This document shows, one piece after another, positions 23,685 through 36,689 of a DNA stretch of 64,000 bases (the stretch's first letter is position 1; every line of letters begins with the position of its first letter). This DNA is from Hypanus sabinus (taxonomy: Eukaryota): assembly GCF_030144855.1 (NCBI RefSeq), contig NC_082710.1:174778001-174842000 (forward strand). The letters run 5' to 3'. Made by a program: the position numbers and the translations under genes. The notes below the pieces were generated by a model that was not told the origin of the DNA, made no database searches, and saw nothing but the letters and a program-made list of their open reading frames with translations.

Positions 23685-25607
23685 TTAATCCACCTCCTCA
23701 ATAGTTGGTCCAGAGGAACTGGCATTCCCAGCCTGTGCCCTGCATGATTCCCCTGCGCCTGCTCCTTGGTACAGTTTGGCAATGATGGGGTTGCAGACTT
23801 TCTCCAGCTCTTTCTGCTTGTGCTCAAACTCTTCCTTCTCTGCCATCTGATTCTTCTCCAGCCATGATATTGCCTCGTTGCACAGGTCAATAACTTTCCT
23901 CTTGTCTTCTGCACTGATCTTTCCAGCCATCTTCTCATCCTCCACAGAGCCCTTCATGTTGAAGGCATAGGACTCCAGGGAGTTCTTGGCTGCAATCTTC
24001 TGCCGCTGCATTTCATCCTCATTCTTGTACTTCTCGGTCTCCTGCACCATCCTGTCAATTTCCTCCTTACTCAGCCTGCCCTTGTCGTTGGTGATGGTGA
24101 TCTTGTTTGTTTTCCCAGTGCTCTTGTCGACAGCAGAGACATTGAGGATGCCATTGGCGTCAATATCGAAGGTCACCTCAATCTGGGGTACGCCACGAGG
24201 AGCGGGAGGGATGCCACTCAACTCAAACTTGCCCAGAAGGTTGTTGTCCTTGGTCATGGCTCTCTTGCCTTCATACACCTGAATAAGGACACCAGGCTGG
24301 TTATCGGAGTAGGTGCTGAAGATCTGGGTCTGCTTGGTGGGGATGGTGGTGTTCCGCTTGATAAGGGTGGTCATGACTCCACCTGCCGTCTCCAGCCCCA
24401 ACGACAGAGCAGCAACATCCAGGAGTAGCAGATCCTGAACATTCTCCGACTTGTCCCCCATCAGAATGGCCGCCTGGACAGCTGCCCCATAGGCCACGGC
24501 CTCGTCGAGGTTGATGCTCTTGTTCAGCTCCCTACCGTTGAAGAAATCTTGCAGCAGCTTCTGGATCTTGGGGATGCGGGTGGAGCCTCCGACCAGGACA
24601 ATCTCATGGATCTGGGATTTGTCCAGCTTGGCATCTCTCAGGGTTTTCACCACTGGCTCCAGAGTGCCCCTGAACAGGTCAGAGTTCAGCTCCTCAAACC
24701 AAGCCCTGGTGATTGAGGTGTAGAAATCAACACCCTCAAACAGAGAGTCAATCTCAATACTGGCTTGGGTGCTGGAAGACAGGGTTCTCTTTGCTCTCTC
24801 ACAGGCCGTCCACAGCCTCCTCACCGCTCTCTTGTTCTGGCTGATGTCCTTCTTGTATTTCCGCTTGAACTCCTCAATGAAGTGATTGACCATGCGGTTG
24901 TCAAAGTCCTCTCCTCCCAGGTGGGTATCACCAGCTGTCGATTTCACTTCAAAGATCCCGTCATCAATGGAGAGAATGGAGACGTCGAAGGTGCCACCAC
25001 CCAGGTCAAAGATGAGAACATTATGCTCCCCTTTGCCTTTCTTGTCCAGCCCATAGGCAATGGCAGCTGCTGTCGGTTCATTGATGACACGCAGGACATT
25101 GAGACCCGCTATCACACCAGCATCTTTGGTTGCCTGGCGCTGGGAGTCATTGAAGTAGGCAGGAACGGTAATGACAGCGTTGGTGACATTGTGGCCGAGG
25201 TAAGCCTCAGCAATCTCCTTCATCTTGGTCAGCACCATGGAGGAGATTTCCTCTGGGGAAAAGGTCTTGTTCTCCCCCTTGTACTCCACCTTCACCTTGG
25301 GCTTCCCTCCGTCACTCACCACCTGGAAGGGCCAGTGCTTCATGTCAGACTGCACCGTCAGGTCATCAAACCTCCTCCTGATGAGCCGCTTGGCATCAAA
25401 GATGGTGTTGGCGGGGTTCATTGCCACTTGGTTCTTGGCCGCATCGCCGATGAGCCTCTTGGTGTCGTTGAAGGCCACATAGCTGGGGGTGGTGCGGTTG
25501 CCCTGGTCGTTGGCGATGATCTCCACCTTGCCATGCTGGAAGACCCCCACACAGGAGTAGGTGGTGCCCAGATCGATCCCGATGGCTTTCCCCTTGGATG
25601 CAGGCAT
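23685..25607 (-). CDS. hsp70: Heat shock 70 kDa protein, inducible-type intronless copy C (640 aa; several substitutions at conserved sites)
   Basis: Complete ORF with all three HSP70 signatures and GPTIEEVD; near-identical to copy D. Confidence 0.95.
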   Translation of the reverse strand: MPASKGKAIGIDLGTTYSCVGVFQHGKVEIIANDQGNRTTPSYVAFNDTKRLIGDAAKNQVAMNPANTIFDAKRLIRRRFDDLTVQSDMKHWPFQVVSDGGKPKVKVEYKGENKTFSPEEISSMVLTKMKEIAEAYLGHNVTNAVITVPAYFNDSQRQATKDAGVIAGLNVLRVINEPTAAAIAYGLDKKGKGEHNVLIFDLGGGTFDVSILSIDDGIFEVKSTAGDTHLGGEDFDNRMVNHFIEEFKRKYKKDISQNKRAVRRLWTACERAKRTLSSSTQASIEIDSLFEGVDFYTSITRAWFEELNSDLFRGTLEPVVKTLRDAKLDKSQIHEIVLVGGSTRIPKIQKLLQDFFNGRELNKSINLDEAVAYGAAVQAAILMGDKSENVQDLLLLDVAALSLGLETAGGVMTTLIKRNTTIPTKQTQIFSTYSDNQPGVLIQVYEGKRAMTKDNNLLGKFELSGIPPAPRGVPQIEVTFDIDANGILNVSAVDKSTGKTNKITITNDKGRLSKEEIDRMVQETEKYKNEDEMQRQKIAAKNSLESYAFNMKGSVEDEKMAGKISAEDKRKVIDLCNEAISWLEKNQMAEKEEFEHKQKELEKVCNPIIAKLYQGAGAGESCRAQAGNASSSGPTIEEVD

Positions 25608-25709
25608 CTGTGTTTCTGATGAAAGCTCCGACGTTCCTTATTGAAATACCAGAAGGACTTCCTTGTTTCTCCAAGCCGATCGTTACTGCATGGCTTGCTG
25701 CTCCGTCCC

Positions 25710-25888
25710 TTAATATAGTCCCAGCGCGGCTATGTGGGCGGTGCTTCGTTCTTGAGGGGCGTCTAGGTAAACCAATGAAAACGCGGGCGAGTGACTCACC
25801 GCCGAAGGTTGGAGAAGGTTCCGAGGCGGCGGCCAATGACAGCGCTGCTAGTTCGAGACTTGCCGGGGCTTCGCGAAAATTCTGGAAA
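25710..25888 (-). promoter_or_regulatory. Heat-shock promoter of copy C: TATA, GC box, CCAAT boxes, two HSEs
   Basis: TATATTAA (minus) 25710-25717; gggcgg 25736-25741; ccaat 25772 and 25833; cGAAggTTGgaGAAggTTCc 25803-25822; perfect 4-unit cTTCgcGAAaaTTCtgGAAa 25869-25888. Confidence 0.9.
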
Positions 25889-26318
25889 CAGCGAGGAAGA
25901 TCTGGGGCAGTCAGGGAGGTTCCGGCAGAAACAGAGTCATTCAGGAACCCTTTGAAACACTTGTTAAACTGTACGAAACAAGCAATATTGCACCTCTTCC
26001 AAAAGTTCCCTCTGCGCAAGAAAAAGTCTCAAGCACCTTCTGGGGAGGGAATTCTCCGGCCTTAAGGGACGAAGCGAGTAAACAAGGAACGACAGCTCTG
26101 GGTAATACCTGCAGGACCAAATTAGCAACAGAACAAACACTTAAAAGAGAAAGTCAGAGTTTGTGACATTTAATTTTGACAAAAGGAATTTTCCGGTGTT
26201 GGCCCTGTTCTGGGCGGGACATGGAGTTTAAAAAAGAATTTTTAGGCTGACAGAAGTAATGAAATTTGCGAGAGTTCTTTTGTTTCGGTATAAATATACA
26301 GGTACACTCACAGACGTA

Positions 26319-26857
26319 CACTCAGTGGGCAATTTACTAGGTACAGGACAGTTGTGTGTCTGCTGGTTAATGTAAATGACTGATTAGCCAATCATGTGGC
26401 AGCAGCTCAATGCATAAAAGCATTCAGACATTGTTGAGTTGTTGTCCAGACCAAACATTGGAATGGGGAAGAAATGTGACTTTTTAGGTGACTTTTACTG
26501 TGGAATGACTGTTGGTGCCAGACAGGGTGGTTTGAGTATCTGAAAAAATACTGATCTCTCGGATTTTTGTTCACAACATTCACTAAAGCTTACAGAGAAT
26601 GGTGTGTAAAACAAAACCATGCAGAGAGTGAAAATGCCTTGTTATTGAGAAGGTCAGAGAAGAATGGCCTGTCTGGTTCTGGATGACAGGAAGGTGACAG
26701 TAACTGAAGAATCCACGTGGTACCACACTGGTGTGCAGAAGAGCCTCTCTGAATGAACAACACGTAGAGCATTGAAATGGACGTGTTAGAGCACAGACGC
26801 ACACTAAGACAGAATTTATTATGTGTGGGATGTACCGAATAACGTGGCCACTGAGTG
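26319..26857 (+). mobile_element. Tc1/mariner-type non-autonomous DNA transposon
   Basis: TA flanks and imperfect TIRs cactcagtgggcaatttactaggtaca / tgtaccgaataacgtggccactgagtg; absent from the matching position upstream of copy D. Confidence 0.85.
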
Positions 26858-27499
26858 TAAATCTCCCCCAGTGTGTGGGTGATTGATTCGTGTAAGTGTG
26901 TGTTTGTAGGTCAGTGCAGAATGATGGGGATTGGTTCATACAGAATGATGCCATGACTTTACTGTCCTTCCATACCCACAAACAGGTCAAAATCTTTCTC
27001 TTCCCACTAAGCTGTTAAACAAGAACTGACCACTGACCTCCAATTCATTCTGGGAGGCTGAATATTGAAATTCAGGACTGTTCCTCACAAAGCAAAATTG
27101 GTAAATTTCCACAAACACATCTACTATAAAGTCAGCTCTTTCTGTCAGTTCCCCGGGATGCTTTCCATCAGGGTCTGGGGACTTGTCTACTGTTTACTCG
27201 GCCTACCCATTTGCTCATCACTCTCTTCAGTGACAGTTTTGGTCAAGGGTTCTCACCTCCCATTGCATTCATAACGTCTCTCCTTGACATGTTAGATGTG
27301 TCCTCAACACAAAGTCAGAATCTGGCACATGTAGTGAAATCTGCTGTCTTTGAGGGAACAGTACGATGCAATACATGGTATTAGAGAAAATAAGAATATT
27401 TGTGCATATTAAACAGTTAAAATAAGATAAGTCATATAGAGGCACAAATTTTAAAAAAGAAGTGAGGTAGTGTTCATGGCTTGTTGATCAGGACTGTGG

Positions 27500-29400
27500 G
27501 AATCACGGCGTTAAATATTGATGGTGACGATGAACAGTGTTCTGTCCAGGTGACCTCAGGCTGAGTGAAGAGTGAGTTCATTCGAAGTGGAATGGCTTAA
27601 ACAATTGAAAAAGCTACACTGAACGCTTGTGAGTTTGGAACCTGCAGCTCTGAGAAATATAATGCAGAGAATGGTGTTAGCTGTGTGGATTGTCACGGAT
27701 GCAAGAGTTGCTGGGGAATTTGCAAGTGGGAAGAAGTGGAGTAATATTTAGAAACGTCATTTAGCAAACAAATTCCATATGAATGGTGTACAAAAGCCTC
27801 GGTGACAAAATCCTCCATTACCCCGCTACAGGCCCTACGTGCGTTTTGTGCGGATGAACGAGAGCGAAAACGATCAAACTCAGAGGAGATCAAGTTCTTA
27901 TTGACAGCATTTTGCTGGCAGTTAAAATGAATACCTCCGTGCATTCAGTCCAACACATCGATGAACAAATGGAAAAGTGTGTCCAAACGCCGGACAGCTG
28001 GAGAGGCAAAAATTATGTGTTCGCATTTCTTTATGTTATCAAAGTTCAAAGTAAGATTTATTATCAGAGTACATACATCTGACCACGTACAACCCTGAAA
28101 TTCTCATCCTGTGGGTATACTCCGCAAATCTATAGAACAGTAACTGTAAACATCCAGAACTATAAACAGTAAACAAGCCGTGCAAATATAAATAAATAAC
28201 AAACATGAAATAACAATATAACTGAGTCCTTAAATGAGGGTAGCTGTCTCCTTTTGTTCAAGAGCCTAATGGTTGGGGGGTAGTAACTGTTCGGGAACCT
28301 GGTGGTGGTGAGTCTGAGAACTGAGGCATTTGTATCTCCACCTGATGGCAGCAGCAAGAGAAGAGCCTGGCCTGGGTGGTTTCTGGGTGTTTTCTCAATC
28401 TTCAGCTAAAAGATGCACATGTAAAGGAATTGCAGACTCCTCTGGGAATGAAGCTCTTGCTTTCAGACCATTGAATAAAGTGAGATGCTGTCTAGACGCG
28501 TTGCACTGCAGACAATCATAAATACGTACGAGGCATTGATTGTATATTCTGAGGATGATAAGATATATCACAAGATATATTGTCACAGAAATTTGATAAA
28601 CAGTGAATAAATATAGCTTTAGTCGTCTTAAATGATGTCTCTAAAGAACAGGCTGCGCTGTTGAAGACTGCAAAGGAGTGTATTAATGCCAATTGATGAA
28701 CTTCATTTTGCACGAGGCAAAATTAACGAGATAAGAAGGAAGTATCTGGGAGACAATGTGTCTTGGAGTGAGAAAGTTACATTTTTCTCAGCCAAATTTG
28801 TGACAGGAGCTACAAATTCTCTGGTGACCTTGATAAACCACCTCTGTGTTTATTGAGAAGAGAGGTTTCCTGAGGGTGAGGTACAATGGGCGGCTTTTGA
28901 TTTTTCTGTACATGCGGGATGGGACCTCCATTTTGGCAAAGACCAGGTCAGTGCCTTGTGTGGAAAATACCCTGATTTCCTTGCTGTCATAGTGAAGCAG
29001 TACAACGACTTCAAATTTACTGTACAGGAAAAGATTAAATCCTAACCGATTACTAGCTCGTCTGAAATGGTGACATTTGCAACTCAAAATGAAGAGTTTT
29101 GTGACCTTGCAAAGCTGACGGACAATGGCAGAACCTTTCTTACAACTAGTGCTGCTCATGAAAGAGGTTTTAGCCTCATGAATCAAATCAAAAACAAGCT
29201 GAGGAACCGTTGAAGTGAGTGTCATTTGGATATGCCAATGGGAATTCTCTGCTGGAAGAGGATTTATTAGTCTGGACAAAGATGGGTAAATGCCAAAGAC
29301 AGCAGGGAGAAAAGTGACTAAGCAACTTGAATATGTTCAATATCTTGTTCACATTTATGTCTCTTTTGTAATTCAGCTACCAATTTGGTGCTGTACGCAA
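27500..29400 (+). mobile_element. Fossil hAT-superfamily transposase (interrupted by a LINE 3' fragment at ~28050-28390)
   Basis: 29130-29240 translates RTFLTTSAAHERGFSLMNQIKNKLRNR*SECHLDMPM, the hAT C-terminal dimerisation motif; outer limits uncertain. Confidence 0.7.
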
Positions 29401-30199
29401 TGATTTCCAAATAAAACACTGATCTGCATACATTGTCAACCATTTTAGACCACTTCAATAACATGTGAAACGATCGATATTGATCGTCTCCGGTCTCTCT
29501 GATTACCATATCTGCCGGGGATCCAGCTGGGACTAAGGGGCCTCCTATTTGCTGGCGGTGCAGTTTTATATTTTTAATCTTTTTTTTTGCGGTCTTTTTT
29601 CCTACTTGCAGTTGAGTGTTCAAAGCCTTTGTCTTACCTCCGGAACTCTTTGGTTTGTTAGCAGGATCAGTGCTAGCCGATCGACTGCTCACATTTCCCG
29701 CTTTTCCCGTCTAGGATTTCAGTTTCAGTTAAGATGGCACAAAGCTTTATTCACACTATGAGCGCTCACTGGTGTGTTTCCACTGTCTTTCCACAAGTCT
29801 GAGTTCAGTCACAGAATAAATTGGGAGTTCTGAGACTCTGCTCGACAACGGATTACACTCTTATTTACACCCCAGGCGTACGTGACAAAAAGCACTTAAT
29901 CTGAAAAAGAGGCAACTTCAACTACAACTCGGTAGAATAGCAAAGTTGCACTATATGTCCTTGAGTAGTTATACATTTTCTTAAGTGTTAGTTCTCAGGA
30001 CAGTGTATCAGGCTTTCCCAAGCACAGACATGTGATAATGCTCAGAACAAGGTTATTTTGCCATCCTGTCTAGAAAGCACACTTCAGTCACACAGTGTAC
30101 ATCAGTAGCAGATAAGTGATTACAGACTTTGAATTCACATACTAGAAGATCATTAACCCCTTCATGTTCGTCACAATGTCTTACTATTTTTCTTCCTCA

Positions 30200-33100
30200 G
30201 GAGGGGTGGAAGAAATACAGGAGTAGGTGATAGGGAGAGGAGAAGGGCATGAAGTAAAGAGCCGGGAAGTAGATAAAGGGCAGGAGGAGAGAGAATCCGA
30301 GAGGAGAGGACAGAAGGCCATGGATTGAAGGGAAGAGGAGGAGCACCAGAGGGAGATACTGGGCAGGTAAAGAGATAATGTGAGAGAGGAAAATGGGAAT
30401 GCGGAATGATGAAGGGGGAGGGCCACTATTGGAATTTTGAGAAATTAATGTTCATGCCATGAGGATGGAGGCTACCCAGATGGAATAAAATGTGTTGTTC
30501 CTCCAACTTATGAGTGGCCTAATCACAACAGCAGAGGAGGCCATGGCTAGACGTGTCGGAATGGGAATGTGAAATGGAATTAAAATGGGTGGGTGGCCAC
30601 TGGGAGATCCCACTGTTTATGGTGGCTGGGGCATTGTTGCTCGATGAAGCGGACTCCCAATCTATGTCGGGTCTCACCGATACACAGAAAGCCAGACCAG
30701 GAGCACCGGACACAGTAGGTGTCCCCAACAGGCTCACAGGTGAAATGACGCCTCACCGGGAAGGACTGTTTGGGGTCCTGAATGGTAGTGAGGGAGGAGG
30801 TGTAGGGGCAGGTTCAGCTTGCAAGAATAACTGTTCGGAAGGAGATCAGTGGGGAGGGAGGAATGGGCAAGGAGTTGGTAGGGAGTGATCCCTGCAGAAA
30901 GCAGAAAGTGAGGGGAGGGTGGCAAAGATGAGCTTAGAAGTGAGATCCTGTTGCAGATGGCGGATGTTACGGAGAATTATGGACACGGGCTGGTGGGGTG
31001 ATAGGTGACCCTCTGGCATTCTCTCTCCCTACCTGCAATGGCTCTGCTCTACACGTTCTCTGACTTTCAATCGTCGGTTCCTCTCCTTTATCATGCCCTG
31101 TAAAGATTGGAAGGAAGATCACCCGGCTTCAGACTACAGAATCATGCCGTCTCCGATGCCGGCAGGCCCTGATGTCTCCAGACTGCGATCCCTGCTGCCA
31201 ACCTCAACGGTTCTGACGATCCCGAGTAGATACAGAACCCGGGCTCCACCGTGGTCAGTGTGGGTTCCAAGGACCTTGGACACCTTCAAAGTGCCGATTG
31301 AACAACCCCCAACCCCAACTCCAGCCTGGACACTGATCGACAGCACCTCCAGGCCGGGACTTTACCCACTGTCCCAGTCTCACCTTCGCCCACCACCGCA
31401 CTGCAGTCCTGTGTCCCTCAGATCCTACCGCCATCCTGAGAGACCCCATCTTCATCTCACCACACCTTCCCTCTCCTCAGACACTGTCAATCCCCTTGCC
31501 CCCGCTGATCCCAGCCCTCATCCGTGCCGGGTCTCCACAATTCCCTCTGACTTTCCCCTCTCTCAGGAAGAACCTTCTGAGGTCAGTAAGGGCCTCTCCT
31601 TTGTAACCCTGAGCGCACACCTCAGTGAGTTCCTCGCCCACCCTGACGCAGAACCCTTCTTCCACCGCATCCGTCTCCGTGCCTGCTTCTTTGGCAAGGA
31701 CTCCCCACCCCGCACCGATGACCCCATCTCCCGTCTTCAACCCTCATCCTCTTCCTGGACGTCCCAGTCTAGTCTCCTGCCAGCTCTGGATCTTTTCATT
31801 GCTGACAGCTGACGAGACATCAACCGTCTCGACTCCACTCTCCAATCTTAATCTCACTCCTGCCCAACGCACAGCTCTCCACTCTCACTGTACTAATCCT
31901 AACCTCGCCATCTAACCCGCAGATGAGGGTGGGGGTGCTGTAGTAGTCTGGCGGACTGACCTCTACCTTGTTAAGGAAAGGCGACAATTCTCAGACACCT
32001 CCTCTTACATACCCCTCGAACAGGACCCTGCTAAGGAGCACCAGGCTACTGTCTTTCACAACATCAGTAATCTTATTAACTCTAGGGATTGCCACCAACC
32101 TCATAGTTCCTTCACCCCACATCTCCCCTTTCTACCTCCTACCCAAGGAACAAAAACCTGCTTCTTCCTGCCTCACCAAACTTATATTTTCATACCATGC
32201 CTCAGATTTATCCCACCTGCTTCAGTCCCGTCCTGTCTACATCCTGGTCTATTTCTGACACTTTCCTCCCCTTTCTTGATCTTTCTGTCTCCATCTCTGG
32301 ACTCAGCTCAGCTCATCTACTGAAATTGTTTGTAAACCCACTGAGTCTCACAGCAACCTGGACTATACCTCTTCCCACCCTGTGACTTGTAAAAAGGCCA
32401 TCCCCTCTCTCTCAATTCCTCCATCTCCGCTGCATCTGCTCTAAGGATGAGGCTTTCCATTCCAAAACAAAGGAGATGTCCTCCTTTTTCAGAGAAGGGG
32501 ATTCGCTTCCTCCACCACCAACTCTACCCTCACCCGCATCTTTTCCATTTCACGCACATCTGCTGTCACCCTATTCTCCTGCCACTTAACAGAGACAGAG
32601 TTTCTCTTGTCCTCACCTACCACTCCACCAGCCTCTACATCCAGCACATAATTCTCCGTAACTTCTGCCATCTGCAACGGGATCCCACCACCAAGCACAC
32701 CTTTCCCTCCCACTTTCTCTCCTCGCAGGGATCACTCCCTACGTAACTCACTTGTCCATTCGTCCCTCCCCACTGATCTCCCTCATGATTGCAGTCTTCC
32801 GGTTAAGATGCCGAGGGTGAAAACTGACAAGAGACGCTTCTTCAGTCATCAACACAAGAAATTCTGCATGTGTTGGAAATCCGAAGCAACACACACAGAC
32901 ACAAAATGCTGGAGGACCTCGGCGGGTCAGGCAGCATATATGCAAACGGTCAGGCCGAGGGCCGAGACCCTTCTTCAGACCTGAGAAAGAAAGAGGAAAA
33001 GGCCAGAATAAAGAAAAGTGGGGAGAAGGAAAGGAGGATAGCCAGCCGGTGAAGCCAGGTACTTAACATGGGTAAAGGGCTGGAGAGGGAGGAATCTGAC

Positions 33101-33410
33101 AGGTGAGGGGATTGCACTGTAGCAGAAAAGGAAGGAGGAGTGGACCTGGGGAAGTTACAGGCAGCTGGGAAGTGTAAAGGGCCAGGGTAGGGAAAGGAAG
33201 AGCTGGGGGGGGGTGTGGGGGGGGATACCCTGATTGGAAACCCTAAGGTTTTTCTCCTCCATTCTGAGGGAGGCCTCATCATATCACATGAGGAGGTCAT
33301 GGACTGACCAGTCGAGCATTAATGGGAATCAGAACTATACTGTGTGGCCAGTGGGAGGCTCCATTTTTGGCGGATGGACTGGAGGTGTTTGATGAAATGG
33401 TCCCCCACAT
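30200..33410. mobile_element. Composite of Penelope-like retroelement pieces in alternating orientation
   Basis: Minus GIY-YIG end ~30200-31005; plus N-terminal/RT remnants ~31005-32790 (SKGLSFV, FFHRIRLRACFF, LPFLDLSVSISG, RDRVSLVLTYH); minus 3' end ~32860-33410. Confidence 0.8.
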
Positions 33411-33780
33411 TAAATGTTAAATGTTGTGACAGTCCCTGTTACCCCACTCCCCCCCGTCAGTAGGTTCCAGATTACAACCACAGATGAAGTTCTTCCTCGC
33501 TAACCCTTGCACCTCAATGAATGAATGAATGATCTTTATTGTCATTATACATAGATACAATGAAACTCTGTTTGGTTTCCTCTCAGGTAATTAAATAAAA
33601 CGGTAGATAAAAACAAGACAGTATTAGAAAAACAGAATTAAATAGATAAGTAGCAGAAAATAAGTTCCAGCTGCACCAGAATGTAACAGTAATGCACAAA
33701 GTGCCGTTAGTGCAAGTATTTGAATCCTTGTGTGTGCTCACTGTTTCAGTCATTGTTCTGTGGGAGTGGTGTGATAGAAG

Positions 33781-34260
33781 CCACATCTCTGGGGTAGAAG
33801 CTATTCCCCAGTCTATTTGTTCACATCTCTGGGGTAGAAGCTGTTCCCCAGTCTATTTGTTCACATCTCTGGGGTAGAAGCTGTTCCCCAGTCTATTTGT
33901 TCACATCTCTGGGGTAGAAGCTGTTCCTCCGTCTATTTGTTCACATCTCTGGGGTAGAAGCTGTTCCTCCGTCTATTTGTTCACATCTCTGGGGTAGAAG
34001 CTGTTCCCCAGTCTATTTGTTCACATCTCTGGGGTAGAAGCTGTTCCTCTGTCTATTTGTTCACATCTCTGGGGTAGAATCTGTTCCTCTGTCTATTTGT
34101 TCACATCTCTGGGGTAGAAGCTGTTCCTCTGTCTATTTGTTCACATCTCTGGGGTAGAAGCTGTTCCTCTGTCTATTTGTTCACATCTCTGGGGTAGAAG
34201 CTGTTCCTCTGTCTATTTGTTCACATCTCTGGGGTAGAAGATGTTCCTCCGTCTATTTGT
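33781..34260 (+). repeat. 40-bp minisatellite, 12 units
   Basis: Unit tcacatctctggggtagaagctgttcctctgtctatttgt repeated head-to-tail with minor variants. Confidence 0.97.
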
Positions 34261-35089
34261 TCTGGTTTCTGGAGTCCTGAACCTTTTGCTGGACGGCAGC
34301 AGGTCAAACAGGGAGTGGCCGGGGTGAGTGGTGTCTCCTGATTACTTTCCTCCTGAGTCTGCTGGAATAGATGGTGTCCAGTCCTCAGGCCCCCTGGTTT
34401 GAGCTTGCCCGGCCATGGGGTAAAAGTTCTTGTTTTCAGCCCACCCGTGGCCTCTCTCTCCCATTTACGCTCACCCTTCTCCTCCACTAAGAAAACTTAT
34501 CTAACCCTCTGGATTTCTCTCGAGTGTCAAGAATGGAGGCAAAACTTGAAAACTGCTGAGAAACACTTATAGAAGAGGTTTTTGGAATCTTTTCTGCAGA
34601 AGAGAAAATTCAAATACATCCACTTTTATGATGGGGGTTAGCTTAAAGGAGATTTTTTTTACACACACGTTGATGTTTGCTGCCGGAACAGGTTTGCAGG
34701 TATGGTGGTGGAAGCGGATACGGTGCAGCTTAAGAGGGTTTTAAACTGGAACATGCGGGATATGAACATGCGGACCGTGCGCAGACAGAAGGAGTTTCAT
34801 TTAATTTAGCTGAACAGGCATTTTGGGCCAAAAGATCTGCTCGTGTGCTGTTCTGTGCTCAGTCTCCCTTCATAAGTGAAAAGCTGACACCCCTGTAACA
34901 TGCTGACTAATCACCCCTTCACCCTTTCCAGTGCGGGGCAGGGGAAGGGGTCGCCTGTTCATTTACCCTGTGAGCCTCAGGCAGCTCCCTGTATTTCCTC
35001 AATGAAAACACTGCCACCGTGCGGTCGGGTTCGGTAACGGGCAGTCGCTGCAAAACCAATCGTGGCGCAGATTTCCTTTTTTGGAAAAG

Positions 35090-35247
35090 ATGCAGATTAA
35101 GGGTCTGGAAATTGTCACCAGTGAACTACAGCAGCTAATCAACTAATCTAGATTTGTAGTCTTTGTGGTAACGGTACTCTAGGGGGATGGTGTGTAAAAG
35201 TAGGAAGTAGGTATTTAAAATATTTGTTTGCCTTAACTCTGAGGGGT
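35090..35247 (+). promoter_or_regulatory. U1 promoter: octamer variant (DSE) and PSE-like element
   Basis: ATGCAGAT at 35090-35097 (about -198); ttgccttaactctgagggg at about -60 to -42. Confidence 0.55.
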
Positions 35248-35287
35248 ATGGCATAGGCCTGGATGTGGCTGGCGGAGAGAGGAAAGC

Positions 35288-35451
35288 ATACTTACCTGGC
35301 AGGGGAGAGACCGTGATCATGAAGGCGGTTCTCCCAGGACGAGGCTATCCCATTGCACTTCGGGTGTGCTGACGCCTGCGATGTCCCCAAATGCGGGATA
35401 CTCGACTGCAAAATTTGTGGTAGTGGGGGACTGCGTTCGCGCTCTCCCCTG
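35288..35451 (+). ncRNA. RNU1: U1 spliceosomal snRNA (copy a, 164 nt)
   Basis: ATACTTACCTGGCAGGGG 5' end, U1A loop ATTGCAC, Sm site AATTTGTGG, terminal stem ending CTCTCCCCTG. Confidence 0.98.
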
Positions 35452-35523
35452 ATTTTCAAAGTAAGAACAGAATTAGAAATTTTCTTGCCCGGTGCTTCGT
35501 TTTGGGAGTCAATGTTTTATTAT

Positions 35524-36407
35524 TGTTACGTACTCGTGACACATGACAGTGGAGCCCTTGTCATGTGACTGGGGTTGAAGCTGTACTGGACTTGAGGTGA
35601 TGGTCTTCTGATGGTGGAATGACATCATTTTCCCGCCAGTAGAGGTCATGTGACGGGTTTTTTACAGGTTATAAAAGGTAGACCCCACCCTGTGAGGAGG
35701 GGCAGTTCGTGGCTGGATTTGCCAAGTTGACTTCATGCCACTGCGTGTTTGAAGTGATGACGCAGTTTAGTTGAAGGGTGAAGTTTTTATTTAATGCCTA
35801 AAGTTTAAAAGGTTAATGCCAACAGGTTCTTTATGATTCTGTTAGTTTGAGAATTAAAGGAGAGTGAAGATTCAAGGTTGGAAGTTAAAGATCGAGGAGA
35901 ATCGCTTTCTACGGTGAAACGGGGGCGACCTTTGTTTGATCCTTATTTGGAAGGATTTCGTTGACTATCTTCGTGTTAATCCCTAGGTTTACCTAGAAAG
36001 GATTGAAGGTAGTGGAGAAGGAAAGGTCAGTGCCTTTAAGCCGTTCTGTTTCGTAAATTCTTCGTGGGAATTTCGACGTCGGGAATCGAAGCAAGCGACG
36101 TGAAAAAGAACTTAAATCGTCCTGTAAAGTCTCTCCTTTTAAATGGACTGTGAGCATATTGAACTTTTGGCAATATCACTTTAAGAACTGTTTTGGAATA
36201 TCACTTTAAGAACTGTTTTGGAATATCACTTTAAGAACTGTTTTGGAATATCACTTTACGAACTGTTTGAACAGCCGCTCAGCAGCTGTTTCCGGTAGTG
36301 TTTGTTTACTTTTGGGGGGGTTTGTTTTCTGTGTTTAATAAACGTGTTGTTTGTTATAAGAAACCCTTGTCGAACTCATATATTTATTGTTGCCTGAATA
36401 CGTAACA
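35524..36407 (+). mobile_element. Solo LTR (884 bp)
   Basis: Inverted termini TGTTACGTA...TACGTAACA, 4-bp target-site duplication TTAT, TATAAAA near 35670, AATAAA near 36337, internal 25-bp tandem repeat (~4 copies, ~36170-36268). Confidence 0.9.
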
Positions 36408-36689
36408 TTATAGACTTCCTTAGTTTGTGTCGGAACGGAGTTAACAAAAGTTGAGAGCGTTCGTATTAGGACACAGCTATCTCAAATGTCATTAGAACAA
36501 CCGGAGAACGAGATGAAGTCGCGCTCATGCAGTGGTGGAGTCTGATGTTGAGCGGCTTCAAACCTTCTCCGCCCTCTCCGACGACAGTGGGGAATTGCGT
36601 GGCTGCAGAGCAGAGCGATGAAAAGGAAGGTGGATTAGACCTCCGCTGAGACTCGCTGGGCAGGAATCAACAACGCTACGTACACAACT

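Larger units (their letters stand above)
26753..35459 (+). repeat. Left arm of large inverted segmental duplication
   Basis: Reverse complement of 55054-64000; the ORF track shows mirrored near-identical ORFs (27065/63479, 28788/61461, 34221/56026, 35135/55193). Confidence 0.97.

Noticed and set aside
25396-26065. ORFs of 207 and 155 aa across the HSP70 promoter
   Set aside because: GC-rich promoter sequence; truncated differently in copy D; no recognisable domain
33781-34260. 40-bp periodic array as a CRISPR
   Set aside because: Head-to-tail units with no unique spacers, no cas genes, eukaryotic context; it is a minisatellite
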